From Dictyostelium discoideum (taxonomy: Eukaryota), in NCBI GenBank assembly GCA_000004695.1, contig CM000155.2, positions 1,792,001 through 1,856,000 on the forward strand: 64,000 nt of DNA, in the 5' to 3' direction. Of this stretch, positions 41,713 to 53,019 are shown piece by piece; position 1 is the first letter of the stretch; every line of letters begins with the position of its first letter. The position numbers and the translations under genes were made by a program. The notes below the pieces were generated by a model. That model was given only the letters and a program-made list of their open reading frames with translations. It searched no databases and had not been told where the DNA came from.

Positions 41713-42839
41713 ATGAATAAAAGAATAAATGAAGTTAGTGGTAGACCTATAGGAGAATATCTTTCAAGAGATATATCAGATTTTCAGAGAGTTTCAAGGA
41801 CACTATTTGAATGTTTTTCATCATTAGCAACAGGTGCAACATTAAATTCCCAACAATTACAACAAATTCAATTACCAATTGATCAAATATCAAATAATGC
41901 AACACCTAATATGGTATTACAATTAATGAATCATTTAATTGATGTTGATAAAATTTATCAAAATACTTTAAAAAAACGTAATAATATTAATAATAATGGA
42001 TTTATATATATTATATTTATATTTTAATAATAATTAATAATTAATAATTTTTTTTTATTTTTTTTTTATTAGTTGAAAAACATCAAAAAATTCAAAAAGA
42101 AATTACAGAAATACAAAAAGAAATTGAAGAAAAAGATAAATTAATATCAACATTAGCATTAAATTTAAAAGATATTGAATCATTTTTAGAGAATGAATTA
42201 TCACAAGACAATGTAAATATAAATAATGGTAATGCAAGTGATGGTATTGTTAATGAGGTTTTAATAGATTTAAAGCAACCAGATGACGCAGCATCAATGG
42301 ATAATATAGTGAATAGAGAGGTATCACCAGAGGATTTAATATCTTATGCACATAAAATTAGTGGTACCACATCTGCACCATTTGGATACCAACCAAATGC
42401 ACCATTGGCTTCACTATTTAAACCACCTGCACCACAAGATGAAATGATGAGATCATCAGTACTCTTTACAAAACCACCACCTCATGTTTTAAAATATTAT
42501 GGTTTAGCTGAAATCGATGTTACAACACCAACAATGGCTGCAAATATTTCTTCACCATTTTCAATTGGTGGTAATGTTGGTGATGTTACAACACCAACTT
42601 CAAAAGAACAAGAAGATCAGCAGCAACAACAACAACAACAACAACCTCAACAACAATTATCACAATCACAACAATCACAACAACAAACTGAATCAGAATT
42701 ACAACCAATTCAAAGTATATTACAACCTCCACAACAATTAAATATAGATTTAGATTTGAATCCAGATTTAGATTCAAGTGGTGATGATGATGATGAAGAT
42801 GACGACGATGAAGAAAGTGAAGAAGTTGAATGGGATTAA
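41713..42839 (+). CDS. med4: Mediator complex subunit 4 (MED4)
   Basis: Two exons: join(41713..41977, 42073..42839), about 343 aa. The donor is c|GTAATA and the acceptor is attAG. Exon 2 has the coiled-coil KHQKIQKEITEIQKEIEEKDKLISTL and the conserved MED4 block SPEDLISYAHKISGTTSAPFGYQPNAPLASLFKPPAPQDEMMRSSVLF, matching human [24 protein letters not shown].... An acidic poly-Q/Asp tail follows. Confidence 0.8.
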
Positions 42840-42901
42840 AAAAAATAATAAACAAATATATATATTTTTTTTTTTTATTTTTATTTTTTTTTTAATTTAT
42901 T

Positions 42902-43927
42902 TTATTTCTTTTGACCAAAATATTTAACAAACCAAATTATAAATTTATCAATTTTTGAAGATTTTTCAAATGGATTTATAATTTTATTCATTTTTTCTTG
43001 TTCTAATTTATGTTTTTCACCTTGTGATTGATTTGTTGAAACAAAGCCTTCTTCAATATTACGAGTTGGAACATAAACATTTTCAAATGTTTTTTGTTGA
43101 TCATTACTATTATTATTATTATTATTATTATTGTTTATTGATTTTTCTAATCTCTCAATTTCTTTTTCAATTAATGAAATTGATTTTTTATCAACTTCAT
43201 CCATTTTCATTCTTAGAAGAGTTTGTTTCTTTTTTTGTAAAATTAATTTTTGATCATCAAATGTGGTAGTGGTGGTGGTGGTTGGTCTTGCACCAGGTGC
43301 TTTATCAACTATATCTTTACTATTTTCAATGTATTCACTTTTTGATACAAAATAAGGTTCTTTAATTTCCTTTGAACCCAATGGTACATGTGGTAAAATG
43401 AATGCTGATACTCTTCTCTCTTCTTCAGCTAATATATTATAAGTACCAATTGCATTGATTGTTGTCATTGTTTCAACATTTACTTTATAACGAGTTGAAA
43501 TATCTTTTATTAATTGGTCTGGTAATTTTGAATGTGTTGCTCCTGTACCAATTAATAGGAATTCAGTTGGTGGTTCAACGATATCCAAAGTTGCCAATGT
43601 GTCAATGGTAATATCTTCAACTGAATGAACATCCCAGAGGAATAGTTGTTGTGGCATTATATTAATTGATCCTGGTATTAAGGTTTTGTTAATTGAAAAC
43701 CCAGATTCAACATATCCATCAATATTATATACCTTTGATAAATCACCTTGACTCATTTCAAATATATTACCATTGTCAATTCCTTTACAATAATTTCTTT
43801 TAAATATTTTATTTGATTTACCAAAATTTCCCAATTTATTATTATAATTATTACTATTACTATATATTATATTTTGATTTATTAAAATTCCTTTTATATT
43901 TTTTAAATTATAAAAATTTTTAATCAT
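42902..43927 (-). CDS. NDUFAF3-like (MTH938/DUF498 domain) complex I assembly factor with extended C-terminus
   Basis: A 341-aa single ORF. The central domain PGSINIMPQQLFLWDVHSVEDITIDTLATLDIVEPPTEFLLIGTGATHSKLPDQLIKDISTRYKVNVETMTTINAIGTYNILAEEERRVSAFIL matches NDUFAF3/AAMDC, including the VVGTG-like motif and the T..A..T.N.L..EGR segment. The C-terminal half is coiled-coil-like with a poly-Thr/Asn stretch. Confidence 0.65.
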   Translation of the reverse strand: MIKNFYNLKNIKGILINQNIIYSNSNNYNNKLGNFGKSNKIFKRNYCKGIDNGNIFEMSQGDLSKVYNIDGYVESGFSINKTLIPGSINIMPQQLFLWDVHSVEDITIDTLATLDIVEPPTEFLLIGTGATHSKLPDQLIKDISTRYKVNVETMTTINAIGTYNILAEEERRVSAFILPHVPLGSKEIKEPYFVSKSEYIENSKDIVDKAPGARPTTTTTTTFDDQKLILQKKKQTLLRMKMDEVDKKSISLIEKEIERLEKSINNNNNNNNNSNDQQKTFENVYVPTRNIEEGFVSTNQSQGEKHKLEQEKMNKIINPFEKSSKIDKFIIWFVKYFGQKK

Positions 43928-44360
43928 CTTTTTTTCTTTATTTGTTGTGGAATTGTGAATTAATTTTTTTTTATATGAAAACTAAAAAACTTTTTTTTTT
44001 TTTTTTTTCGAGAATTGCATAAAAAATAATTTCTTTTTTTTTTTTTTCAAACAACTATTTAATTTTATTTATTTTTCATATTATTCTAGTATAAGTAGAG
44101 AACTCAAAAATACACAAAATTATATAAAAGAATGTTTTTTGAATTTTATTTTTTATTTTTTATTTTTTATAATTGTTTTTTTATTTAGAATAACAACAAG
44201 TAGACAATAAAATTTTATATTATTACTTTTGATTAAAACATCTTTTTTGTCCAAACTTTTTTCTAAATCTTTTTTTATTTTATCGTCGGGTTCGTGATTG
44301 ATGACATATTATAAATAAAAAAATCGGATGACGTTATATTTTTTAAAAAAATAATAAAAA

Positions 44361-44431
44361 GCGTATGTGGTCTAGTGGTATGATGCATCCCTGCCACGGA
44401 TGCGAACTGGGTTCGATTCCCAGCATACGCA
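44361..44431 (+). tRNA. tRNA-Gly (anticodon GCC)
   Basis: GCGTATGTGGTCTAGTGGTATGATGCATCCCTGCCACGGATGCGAACTGGGTTCGATTCCCAGCATACGCA. Anticodon stem CATCC/GGATG with loop CTGCCAC, T-arm CTGGGTTCGATTCCCAG. A T6 terminator follows at 44436-44441. Confidence 0.9.
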
Positions 44432-44639
44432 CATCTTTTTTGAAGTTTACAGGATTTCCGAACTTCGGATGGGGTGAAAAATAAAGAATTTTACAAAGTT
44501 TGTCAAAACTGAAAATAAAAACATTTTTTTTGTTTTTCTAAAAAATCAATTAAGTTTTCATTCTTTCAAACAAATACCACATTGTTTTTAATTTGGATAA
44601 AATTATAATTTATAGTAAATAATAAAAAAAAAAAAAAAA

Positions 44640-45480
44640 TTGTAAATTATTATTACTAAACTTTTGGACTTGCAAATTTGATAATAGCTCTTGATGTAAT
44701 GTATGATTGTCAAATTATAATTGCAGGTTTGAGTAATAGTTTAAATATTTGATCAGAAATTATCGCTGAAACAATTGTCTCAAATGCTGGTTCACTGAAA
44801 TCAGTATCCAAGAGAGTTATTAGATTTCCATAATTTACACATTTAATCCCCATTCAAGTTTTCTTTGTGGAATCTAAGATTTGAAACAGGTCGTGGAAAA
44901 CTTTATGAACTAGATTCAACAATAAATTTAATAAAAATAATGAAAAAAAAATTAGAAGGGAGATAAATTCCAAATATTTTTTTGTATTTATTTATAAAAT
45001 TTTATAAAATTTTTAGAGTGAAAAATAATAATTTTAAATCAGAAGTTAAACCATTTTATTTTTAGAATTTAATTGTTTGGGAACACTATAATTTACAGAA
45101 CCATATGAATAATTTTTTTCTATTTTTGTCATATTCAAGAGTTGATAGTTTGTACCATTTGTTAATGCCGTCATGATTCCATAAGGGAAGTTTTAGGATA
45201 GGTCATGGTTTATACATATATATACCCATTCAAAGTATTCTTTGTGGAATCTTAAATTTGTGTAGTCTATGTTAACCTCTGACCCTTCTTCATATTTGGT
45301 AGAATTATAGGTGTAATCCTTTTTATAAATTTATTGTTGAATCTAGTCCTCTCGTTGGTCCAATGTTTTCATGAAAAAGAAGTTTTTCGGTTTTGGTCCA
45401 AAATTTAATAATTAAAGAATAGATGAACTAAAGGATCAATTAAAGCATCAGAAACCAATTATATTACCTCATCTCGCCAA
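44640..45480. mobile_element. non-AT-rich spacer between the convergent tRNA-Gly genes with internal direct repeats; candidate degenerate tRNA-associated (TRE3-like) retroelement remnant
   Basis: Composition is distinctly less AT-rich than the surrounding intergenic DNA. There is a 35-bp direct repeat, cccattcaagttttctttgtggaatctaagatttg at 44848..44882 and cccattcaaagtattctttgtggaatcttaaatttg at 45225..45260. No long ORF is present. Its position downstream of both tRNA genes is where TRE3 elements integrate (established biology). The identity of the element is not established from sequence. Confidence 0.3.
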
Positions 45481-45564
45481 AAAAGCTGTGAATATCAATT
45501 CAAATCAGACGTACAAATATATTTTTCCGAAGTTCGGAAATTTCGAAGCCATTAAAAAAGGTTT

Positions 45565-45635
45565 TGCGTATGCTGGGAATCGAACCCAGTTCGCATCCGT
45601 GGCAGGGATGCATCATACCACTAGACCACATACGC
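45565..45635 (-). tRNA. tRNA-Gly (anticodon GCC), identical inverted copy
   Basis: An exact reverse complement of 44361..44431, placed convergently 1.1 kb away. Confidence 0.9.
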
Positions 45636-45695
45636 TTTTTGATATAATTTTGGAAAAAATAACGAAATGCCATTTTTAAAATATTGTGTATAATA

Positions 45696-45749
<54 letters not shown>

Positions 45750-45995
45750 TTTTTTTTTTTTTTTTTTTTAAATATTGATTAATAACAGTTTATCAATTAA
45801 AGGAAATAAACGATATTTTAAAAGTTTTATTTATTGAATTTAATTATTTTTTTTTTGTATAGAAGTTATTCTTTTTTTGATTCGAATTTTTTTTTTTTTT
45901 TCAAAAAAGGGATTTGAACTGGTTTTTTTTTTTTTTTTACCTAAAAGCGGTGTAGGGGATTTGAACTGGTGACCTTAGTTTTTTCATTAAAAAAG

Positions 45996-46066
45996 TGCCG
46001 CGACCTGGAATCGAACCAGGGTCAACAGAGCCACAATCTGATGTACTACCACTATACTATCACGGC
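45996..46066 (-). tRNA. tRNA-His (anticodon GUG)
   Basis: The reverse complement is GCCGTGATAGTATAGTGGTAGTACATCAGATTGTGGCTCTGTTGACCCTGGTTCGATTCCAGGTCGCGGCA. The anticodon loop TTGTGGC is identical to human tRNA-His, and the T-arm is CCTGGTTCGATTCCAGG. Two B-box-like copies (CCAGTTCAAATCCC in tRNA sense) lie downstream at plus coordinates 45955..45974 and 45909..45922. Confidence 0.85.
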
Positions 46067-46483
46067 TTATTGTGATATTTTTCATTAAAAATTTCTCTTC
46101 CCCATTTTATTTTAAAATGATTATCAAAAAATATCACAATTGGCTTTTTTTTTAGTTAAAAATTTCTCTTTAAGGTTTTTTTTTTAAAAAATATTAATTA
46201 AAATATTTTATCAAGTCCCCCAACCTAATAATATTCAAAGATACAAACAAAGATAAAAACATAGTATAATATTAAAAGATATACAAAAACTATATAATTA
46301 TAAAACAGTTAATGATAAAGTTGAAAATTATAATTTATTAAATTGAGAGGAAAAAAAAAAAAAAAAGTAAGATTCTACAAAATTATATTCTATTATTTTC
46401 TTTTTTTATTTTTTTTTTTATTTTTTTATTTTTTTTATTTTTTTAAAAATAAATTTTACTTTTTTTTTTTACTCGTTAAATTA

Positions 46484-47573
46484 TTAAACTTGTTGGTAAC
46501 CTTGACCTCCGGTACCAGTGACTTTAGATTTGATGAAGAAAACACCATCCTTAATTAAACCACCAAAATTAACCCACATTTCTTTATTTGGGAACATATC
46601 TGAACCGTGTTGATGTTTAACTTTGGCATTGAAAATAATACCACCAACAATGTAAACAACAGTAACTGATAATAAACTAATAATAATGATAATAATAATA
46701 ATAAATTTAAAAAGAAAAATAAATGTGGTTAGGTTTTTTTTTTTTTTTTTTTATGAAAATAAACTTGATAACAATGAAAATAAAAAAATAAAAAATACTT
46801 ACATGATAATGAAAATCCAACCACCACCAATACCACCTTTCTTTGGTTGATCACCACCATTGCTACCGCTATTATTGTTATCACCACTACCACTACCACC
46901 ACTACATAAATCTTTACCGGACATGACTGTAGAATAAATACATTTATTTTCATTGACAAGAGTTGCTTGAATTGAGTTGGCATTTTGACTACATTGTAAT
47001 GAAACTACCATTGTTCTCATGTTACCACTTGAACATTTAGAGCTAGTGGTATATTGAAGACTTGGTAAATTACTAACTGTTTGCCAACTGCCCATAGTAA
47101 TCAAACCAACAGGTGTTGGAGGACTTGTTCCACCAACTTGCATTTGACAAGCTGCTGCAGCATCATTTTTACATTGAGTTGCTACACCACAAATATTCCA
47201 ATAGTATCTATATTTACCTTGAGGATTTGTACCTGATACTGCACTTAAAGCTGAATAACTTCCACTGTAATTTATTTTTTATATTTTAACATTAAAAAAA
47301 AAAAAAAAAGTATTAATAAGTTTTTACTTTTTTATAGTAATCATTATTATTATTATTTATTATTATTTTTTTTTTTTTTATAGTTATTATTATTATTATT
47401 ATTATTATAATTTTTTTTTTATTTCTCATTGCAAAAATTAAAAAATAAAATAGTACATACTTTGATAAGGCACCATAGTTGATACCATTGTGTGTACATT
47501 GTGATGGTGATCCTTGACCAAATGCCATTGTGGCAATTGCAAGTACTAATAAAATACTGGCAATAAATTTCAT
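46484..47573 (-). CDS. type I membrane protein with one MRH (mannose-6-phosphate-receptor homology) domain
   Basis: Three exons: join(47461..47573, 46803..47264, 46484..46676), for 255 aa. Exon 1 is the signal peptide MKFIASILLVLAIATMAFGQG, then an aa|GTATGT donor. Exon 2 (acceptor ttacAG) has the MRH cysteine pattern: YYWNICG...C...AACQ...LG...SSKCSSGNMRTMVVSLQCS...NENKCIYSTVMSGKDLC. A Gly/Ser/Asn linker follows, then the start of the TM segment GGIGGGWIFII and an at|GTAAGT donor. Exon 3 holds the rest of the TM segment LLSVTVVYIVGGIIF and a 45-aa cytoplasmic tail. Confidence 0.75.
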
Positions 47574-48041
47574 TTTTATTTATTGTTTTATTTTATTGAT
47601 TAATTTAGAAAAAAAAAATATTACAAGAAAAAGGGGTAAAAATAATTATGCTTTCAATCAAAAAAAAAAAATTTAATGTCAAAAAAAAAAAAAAAAAATA
47701 GAAAAATCCCAACAATTTTCAAAAAAATAAAAAAAAAAAAAAAAAATAAAAATAAAAATAAAAAAAAAAAAAGAATTTTCTGTGCCACTTTGTTATATAT
47801 AGTTTAAATTTTTGAGCTAAATGAGAATTTGGAATCGTAAAAATAAAAAAAAATTAAAAAAATGAGGTGGTAAAAAAAAGATAAAAATAAAAAAATAAAA
47901 ATAAAAAATTAAAATAAATTGAAATCAATGGAATTCATTTAAATTATTTATTTTTAATTCTTATTTATCTTTTATTTCTCTTATTTAATATTTTTTCTTT
48001 TAACCTGGTCAAATTCCTTGATTTTTTTATTTGAAATATTT

Positions 48042-48072
<31 letters not shown>

Positions 48073-48388
48073 CTTTTTGAATTTTTTTTTTTTTTTTTAC
48101 CAAAATCAATAAAAAGAACTTGAATCCATTTTATTTTTATTAATGGAACCATTTTTTTTTTTTTTTTGATTTTTTTTGATTTTTTTTTTTTGATGACGTT
48201 ATTTAACAAGACTTTGTTTATTTATAAACAAATATAATAAATTAAATAATTTACTTTTAAATTAAATAAATTAATAATTCTTCGTCGGTTAATAAATATT
48301 TTTTTTCATTTTTTGTTTTTAATTTTTTTTTTTATAAAAATATCTCTTACCTTCACTTTCCCAATTCCTAAAAATATCTATTTTTTTT

Positions 48389-48420
<32 letters not shown>

Positions 48421-48464
48421 TTTTCTTTCAATTTATTATATATTTTTTTTTTTTTTGAATAATA

Positions 48465-49967
48465 ATGAATAATAATATTAAACTTAATGAATTAATTTTT
48501 AATGAAATTGAACCATTATTAATTTATAATTGTTCATTTAAAAGGATATTAGAATTATCATTATTATCAAAATCAATATTTAAAAAAATTCAATATCAAA
48601 TTTCAAATCAACAAAAAGAAATTAAATTTAAACCAGAAATTAATGAATTTTTAAATTATATTTATAATTTTAAAAAAAATGATAATAATAATAAATTTAA
48701 TTCATTTAATGAACCAATAATAAATAATGAATTAATTTCAACAATTTTAAATAATAATAATAATTATAAATTTAAATTAATTCAATTTAAAGAAATTGAA
48801 AATTTAAATTGTATTAATAATAATGGTAGTTATCAAGCAAAACAAAATAATGAAAATATTAAAACCAATTTAAAAAGAATTTGTAAAAATTTAAAAACAG
48901 TTTATTATTCAAATTATTTTCCAATTGATACTTTAGATGAAGATCCAACACTTGATAATTTTTTTAATTTTGAAAAAGTTGAACTTTATTGGGACTGTGA
49001 TGAATCACCACCAGAATCATTCATTGATGAATGTGATAACCAAGATGATTATCAATCATTTAATTACTCATTTGAATTTTTAAAAAGATATAAATCAATA
49101 AAGAAAATTTCAATTAGAACTGTAGATAATGAATCAAATTTACATTTAAAAAATTTAAATAATTTATTTAAAAATATTAATAATATTAATCAATTAAATA
49201 AAATTCAATTCAATTATCAAAATACTTCATATAATTTTTTAATAAATGAAAAATTAAATAATATTAAAAATTTAAATTCATTTTCAATTAGATTAGGTAA
49301 TTTTGGTTTAAATATTATAAACGAAGAAAATGAAGAAAATCAAGAAAATGAAGATTTGGAAATATTAAATGAAATAATTAATAATAATTGTGAAAATACT
49401 TCTAAATTAATTGAAATTATTTTTAAAAATATTAACTTATTAAAAAATAATAAATTAAGGAAATTAATAATTAATAAATGTCATTCTGATGATAATGAAT
49501 TTAATTCACCAAATTCAAATAATCCATGTGAATTTTTAAAATTATTATTAAATGAAAATTATTCAATAGAAAATTTAAGAATTTTAGGTTTGGCTGTATA
49601 TGATTTAACTAAATATGATGATTTTAAATTATTATCAGAATTAATTAATAAAAATAATAAAATTAATCAATTAATTACAAATATTCAATCATTTGAACAA
49701 TTTTTAAAACATTGTAATGAAAATAAAAATATTGAAATTTTAAAAATTTCATTAGATAAATATTCAGATAATTTAGAATTATTAAATAATATAAATTGGG
49801 AAAATATTTTAAATTTAATAAATAATAATAAATCATTAAAATCAATTTATTTATATAATAATGATCAATTTGATGAAAATTTACAATTTCTAAATAATTT
49901 AAATTCATTAAAAAATAATAATAATAATAATAATTTAAATATTACAATTTTAAATAATTTTAAATAA
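48465..49967 (+). CDS. Asn/Leu-rich hypothetical protein (500 aa), leucine-rich-repeat-like
   Basis: A single ORF with very high Asn/Ile/Leu/Lys content and recurring L..L..N..L motifs. Its 3' half is duplicated in fragments downstream (51196..51427 and 52431..52880). Confidence 0.55.
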   Translation: MNNNIKLNELIFNEIEPLLIYNCSFKRILELSLLSKSIFKKIQYQISNQQKEIKFKPEINEFLNYIYNFKKNDNNNKFNSFNEPIINNELISTILNNNNNYKFKLIQFKEIENLNCINNNGSYQAKQNNENIKTNLKRICKNLKTVYYSNYFPIDTLDEDPTLDNFFNFEKVELYWDCDESPPESFIDECDNQDDYQSFNYSFEFLKRYKSIKKISIRTVDNESNLHLKNLNNLFKNINNINQLNKIQFNYQNTSYNFLINEKLNNIKNLNSFSIRLGNFGLNIINEENEENQENEDLEILNEIINNNCENTSKLIEIIFKNINLLKNNKLRKLIINKCHSDDNEFNSPNSNNPCEFLKLLLNENYSIENLRILGLAVYDLTKYDDFKLLSELINKNNKINQLITNIQSFEQFLKHCNENKNIEILKISLDKYSDNLELLNNINWENILNLINNNKSLKSIYLYNNDQFDENLQFLNNLNSLKNNNNNNNLNITILNNFK

Positions 49968-50217
49968 TTTCCCAAAAAAAAAAAAAAAAAAAAATAAAAT
50001 TATATTTATAGAATTTTTATAGTGCAATTTTTTTTTTTTTCCCAAAAATAATTTCGAGAGAAGACAAAAATAGTAAAAGTTTTGGTTTACCAAGAAAAGG
50101 TAGAGTAACAAAATATTAAAACAAATTAGGAATGACAAATAGAAATTATAATCTTAGGGAACTATGCTCAAAACAAATAATGATATATTTATTTTAATAG
50201 GGTTTTTTAATTGTTTT

Positions 50218-50580
50218 TTAATTTAAACATGGTTCATCTTTAATGTCTATTTTAGAAAAATTTGAGTAAACTAAATCTATGGCATCTTTAAAGGTTTTTA
50301 GGTGGTTCATATTTGAAATTTGTAAATTTAAATTACTATTTTTTTCAATTAATTCCTTTTTTTCTTCTTCTAGTAATGCTTTACCTTGTTCTAATTCAGA
50401 TTTAACTTGACTTAATTTTTTTATATCACATCCCAAATCTGATATTTCCTTTTATTAATCAAATTCTTTGCAAAAATAATAGAATCACCTTCTTTTGAAT
50501 TTAAATTACGATTCCAACCACGTGGTCTATCTGGAGTTACTCTATTTACTAAATCATCAAAATCTTCCATTTCTAAATAT
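50218..50580 (-). pseudogene. possible small coiled-coil gene disrupted by a frame change
   Basis: The minus strand 50580 to about 50441 reads MEDFDDLVNRVTPDRPRGWNRNLNSKEGDSIIFAKNLINKRKYQIWDVI*. An overlapping frame then continues MGCDIKKLSQVKSELEQGKALLEEEKKELIEKNSNLNLQ... (track ORF 50218..50436). The two parts are offset by one base, and no canonical intron joins them. Confidence 0.2.
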
Positions 50581-50690
50581 TATTTAGTTTTTTTTTAAAA
50601 AAAAATTTATATCAAAAAATAAAGATTTCAAAAAAAATTGATCAAAATTTTTTTAAAATTTTTGAAAATTTTTTAAAATTTTTGGAAAAT

Positions 50691-50900
50691 TTTTTTACAT
50701 AATTTTTACATAACATTTACATTTAAATATTATTTAATATATAGTTATTAAAAAAAAAAAAATGAATTTTAAAGAGCAGAGGCTTCAACATTATAAAATT
50801 TCTAGTGTTCTACCTTTTTCCACTTTTGTAAAAAAAGGGGTATTTTTTAATAACTATATATTAAATAATATTTAAATGTAAATGTTATGTAAAAATTAAT
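50691..50900. repeat. perfect roughly 55-bp inverted repeat (foldback) with about 85-bp spacer
   Basis: The left arm ...aatttttacataacatttacatttaaatattatttaatatatagttattaaaaaa (about 50706..50760) is the exact reverse complement of the right arm ttttttaataactatatattaaataatatttaaatgtaaatgttatgtaaaaatt (about 50845..50899). Confidence 0.8.
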
Positions 50901-51042
50901 TTCCTTTCCTTTTTTTTAATAATTTCCATATTAAAATAACATTTTAATAAAATTACAAATTTCAAAATAAAAAAAAAAAAAAATAAAAAACAAAAAAAAA
51001 AAAAAAAAAATAATAATAATAATGATAGTATAAAATTTCTTT

Positions 51043-51112
51043 CTATGTAACTATTTGTAAAATAAACTTTTCAAATAAATTAAAATTATTTATTTGAAAA
51101 GTTTATTTTACA
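51043..51112. repeat. 30-bp perfect palindrome arms with about 9-nt loop
   Basis: ctatttgtaaaataaacttttcaaataaat + taaaattat + ttatttgaaaagtttattttacaaatag. Confidence 0.8.
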
Positions 51113-51195
51113 AATAGTTAAATAATTATTTTAATGTATATTTTTCAAATTAATTATTTTTAAAATTGGAAGCTTGGCCCAGAAATTATATTTTT

Positions 51196-52880
51196 TGGTT
51201 TAAATATGATAAATGAAGAAAATGAAGAAAATGAAGATTTGGAAATATTAAATGAAATAATTAATAATGTGAAAATACTTCTAAATTAATTGAAATTATT
51301 TTTAAAAATATTAACTTATTAAAAAATAAAAATAATAAATTAATAATTAATAATTGATAAAGAAATTAATAATTAATAAATGTCATTCTGATGATAATGA
51401 ATTTAATTCACCAAATTCAAATAATCCTGTAACAACTGGTGGTCGGTTTCATCAGTGTTAGTTTTTCCTAATGATTTTTTTATTGTGTTGGTTATTGCTG
51501 CTGAAGTTATTGGTGTTGTAATGTTTGGGTGATGATGGTGGTGTTGAATGGTTATTTAATTGTTGTTGAGATTGTTGATTTATTAATTGAATGTGTTGTT
51601 GAAGAAGTTGATTTTGTTTATCTATTACCTGCTGATGTTCCCTTATTTGACGTTGCTGTTCATTGAATGTTGATACCTTTGGTTGTTGTTGTTGTTCCTC
51701 ATTATCCTGTTGTTGAGATTCATTATTATCAATATCTTCATTATTATTATTGTTGTTATTATTATTATTATTTGACATTCTTTTAAAATAAATTATTTAA
51801 TAAAATTGGGTTATTTATTATTATTAATTTAATTTATTGTTTTAATATTACTGAATTTATTTATTTTATTATTATAAAAATAAATGATTAATTATTTAAG
51901 AAATAAATGTACACATATATTTAATTGATGACCATATCCCTATCGCGTTTTTATTATTTTTAACTATTTATTACTGAGGTTAAATTAGAAACCTAGTTTC
52001 TTTTTATAGTCCTCAGATTTGAGCGAACTCAAATCTGTTAACTACTCCAACCTCAGCAGATAGGGTTAGATCCAATTTAAACTACAATATTATATTATTT
52101 TAATTTTTAATTAAATTATTTTTAAATTTATATTATTATTTTATATGATGATTTTGTGTGTGTGACATTTTTAATATCTGGTATATAATATCTATTGTGA
52201 AAACTTTTTTTTATTATTTTCTGAATTGTGTGTGTTATAATAAAATGTTTAAACAAAACTATATTCTAAATTATTATTATTTATTTTTTTGAATTATTAT
52301 TTAGTTGTGTTTAGTGAGTTTATTATATAAAATGAAACAATTTATTAAAATAAATTAAGTTAGTAATAATTAATATTGAATTATTAATTCAATATTAATA
52401 GTTATTTTTAAATGTTCTGTTTAGAACATTAAATGATAATTATTCAATGGCAAATTAAAGAATTTTATTTTTAGCTGTATATGATTCAACTAAAAATGAT
52501 GATGATTTTAAATTATTATCAGAGTTTATTAATAAAAATAATAAAATTAATCAATTTGTTACACATATTCACTCATTTGAACAATTTTTAAAACATTGTA
52601 ATGAAAATAAAAATATTGAAATTTTAAAAATTTCATTAGATAAATATTCAGATAATTTAGAATTATTAAATAATATAAATTTGGAAAATATTTTAAATTT
52701 AATAAATAATAATAAATCATTAAAATCAATTTATTTATATAATAATGATCAATTTGATGAAAATTTACAATTTCTAAATAATTTAAATTCATTAAAAAAT
52801 TATAATAATAATTTAAATTTTAAAATTTTAAATTTAAATAATTTTTAAAAAAAAAAAAATTATATTTATAGAATTTTTAT
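51196..52880 (+). pseudogene. fragmented duplicate of the 3' half of the 48465..49967 gene, interrupted by a roughly 1 kb insertion
   Basis: Segment 51196..51427 is about 90% identical to 49301..49530 and lacks one 9-bp gaagaaaat unit. Segment 52431..52880 is about 90% identical to 49545..50030, including the stop codon and 3' flank through tatagaatttttatag. The two pieces are contiguous in the original gene but are separated here by 51428..52430, which contains a minus-strand Q/N-rich ORF (51458..51778) and a 10-bp-stem hairpin cagatttgag-cgaa-ctcaaatctg at about 52006..52029. The identical antisense track ORFs 49675..49908 and 52559..52792 reflect this duplication. Confidence 0.7.
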
Positions 52881-52976
52881 AGCCATAATAATTTGTTTTT
52901 TTTTTTTTTTTTCCTCGTTTTAAAGTTCTTAAAATTTATTTAACCAAGAATTAAAAAATTTTAAAATAAAAGGAAT

Positions 52977-53019
<43 letters not shown>

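Noticed and set aside
49675-52792. Identical 77-aa minus-strand ORFs 49675..49908 and 52559..52792 as a possible conserved small gene
   Set aside because: They are antisense to the 48465..49967 gene and to its duplicated fragment. Their identity simply reflects the segmental duplication.
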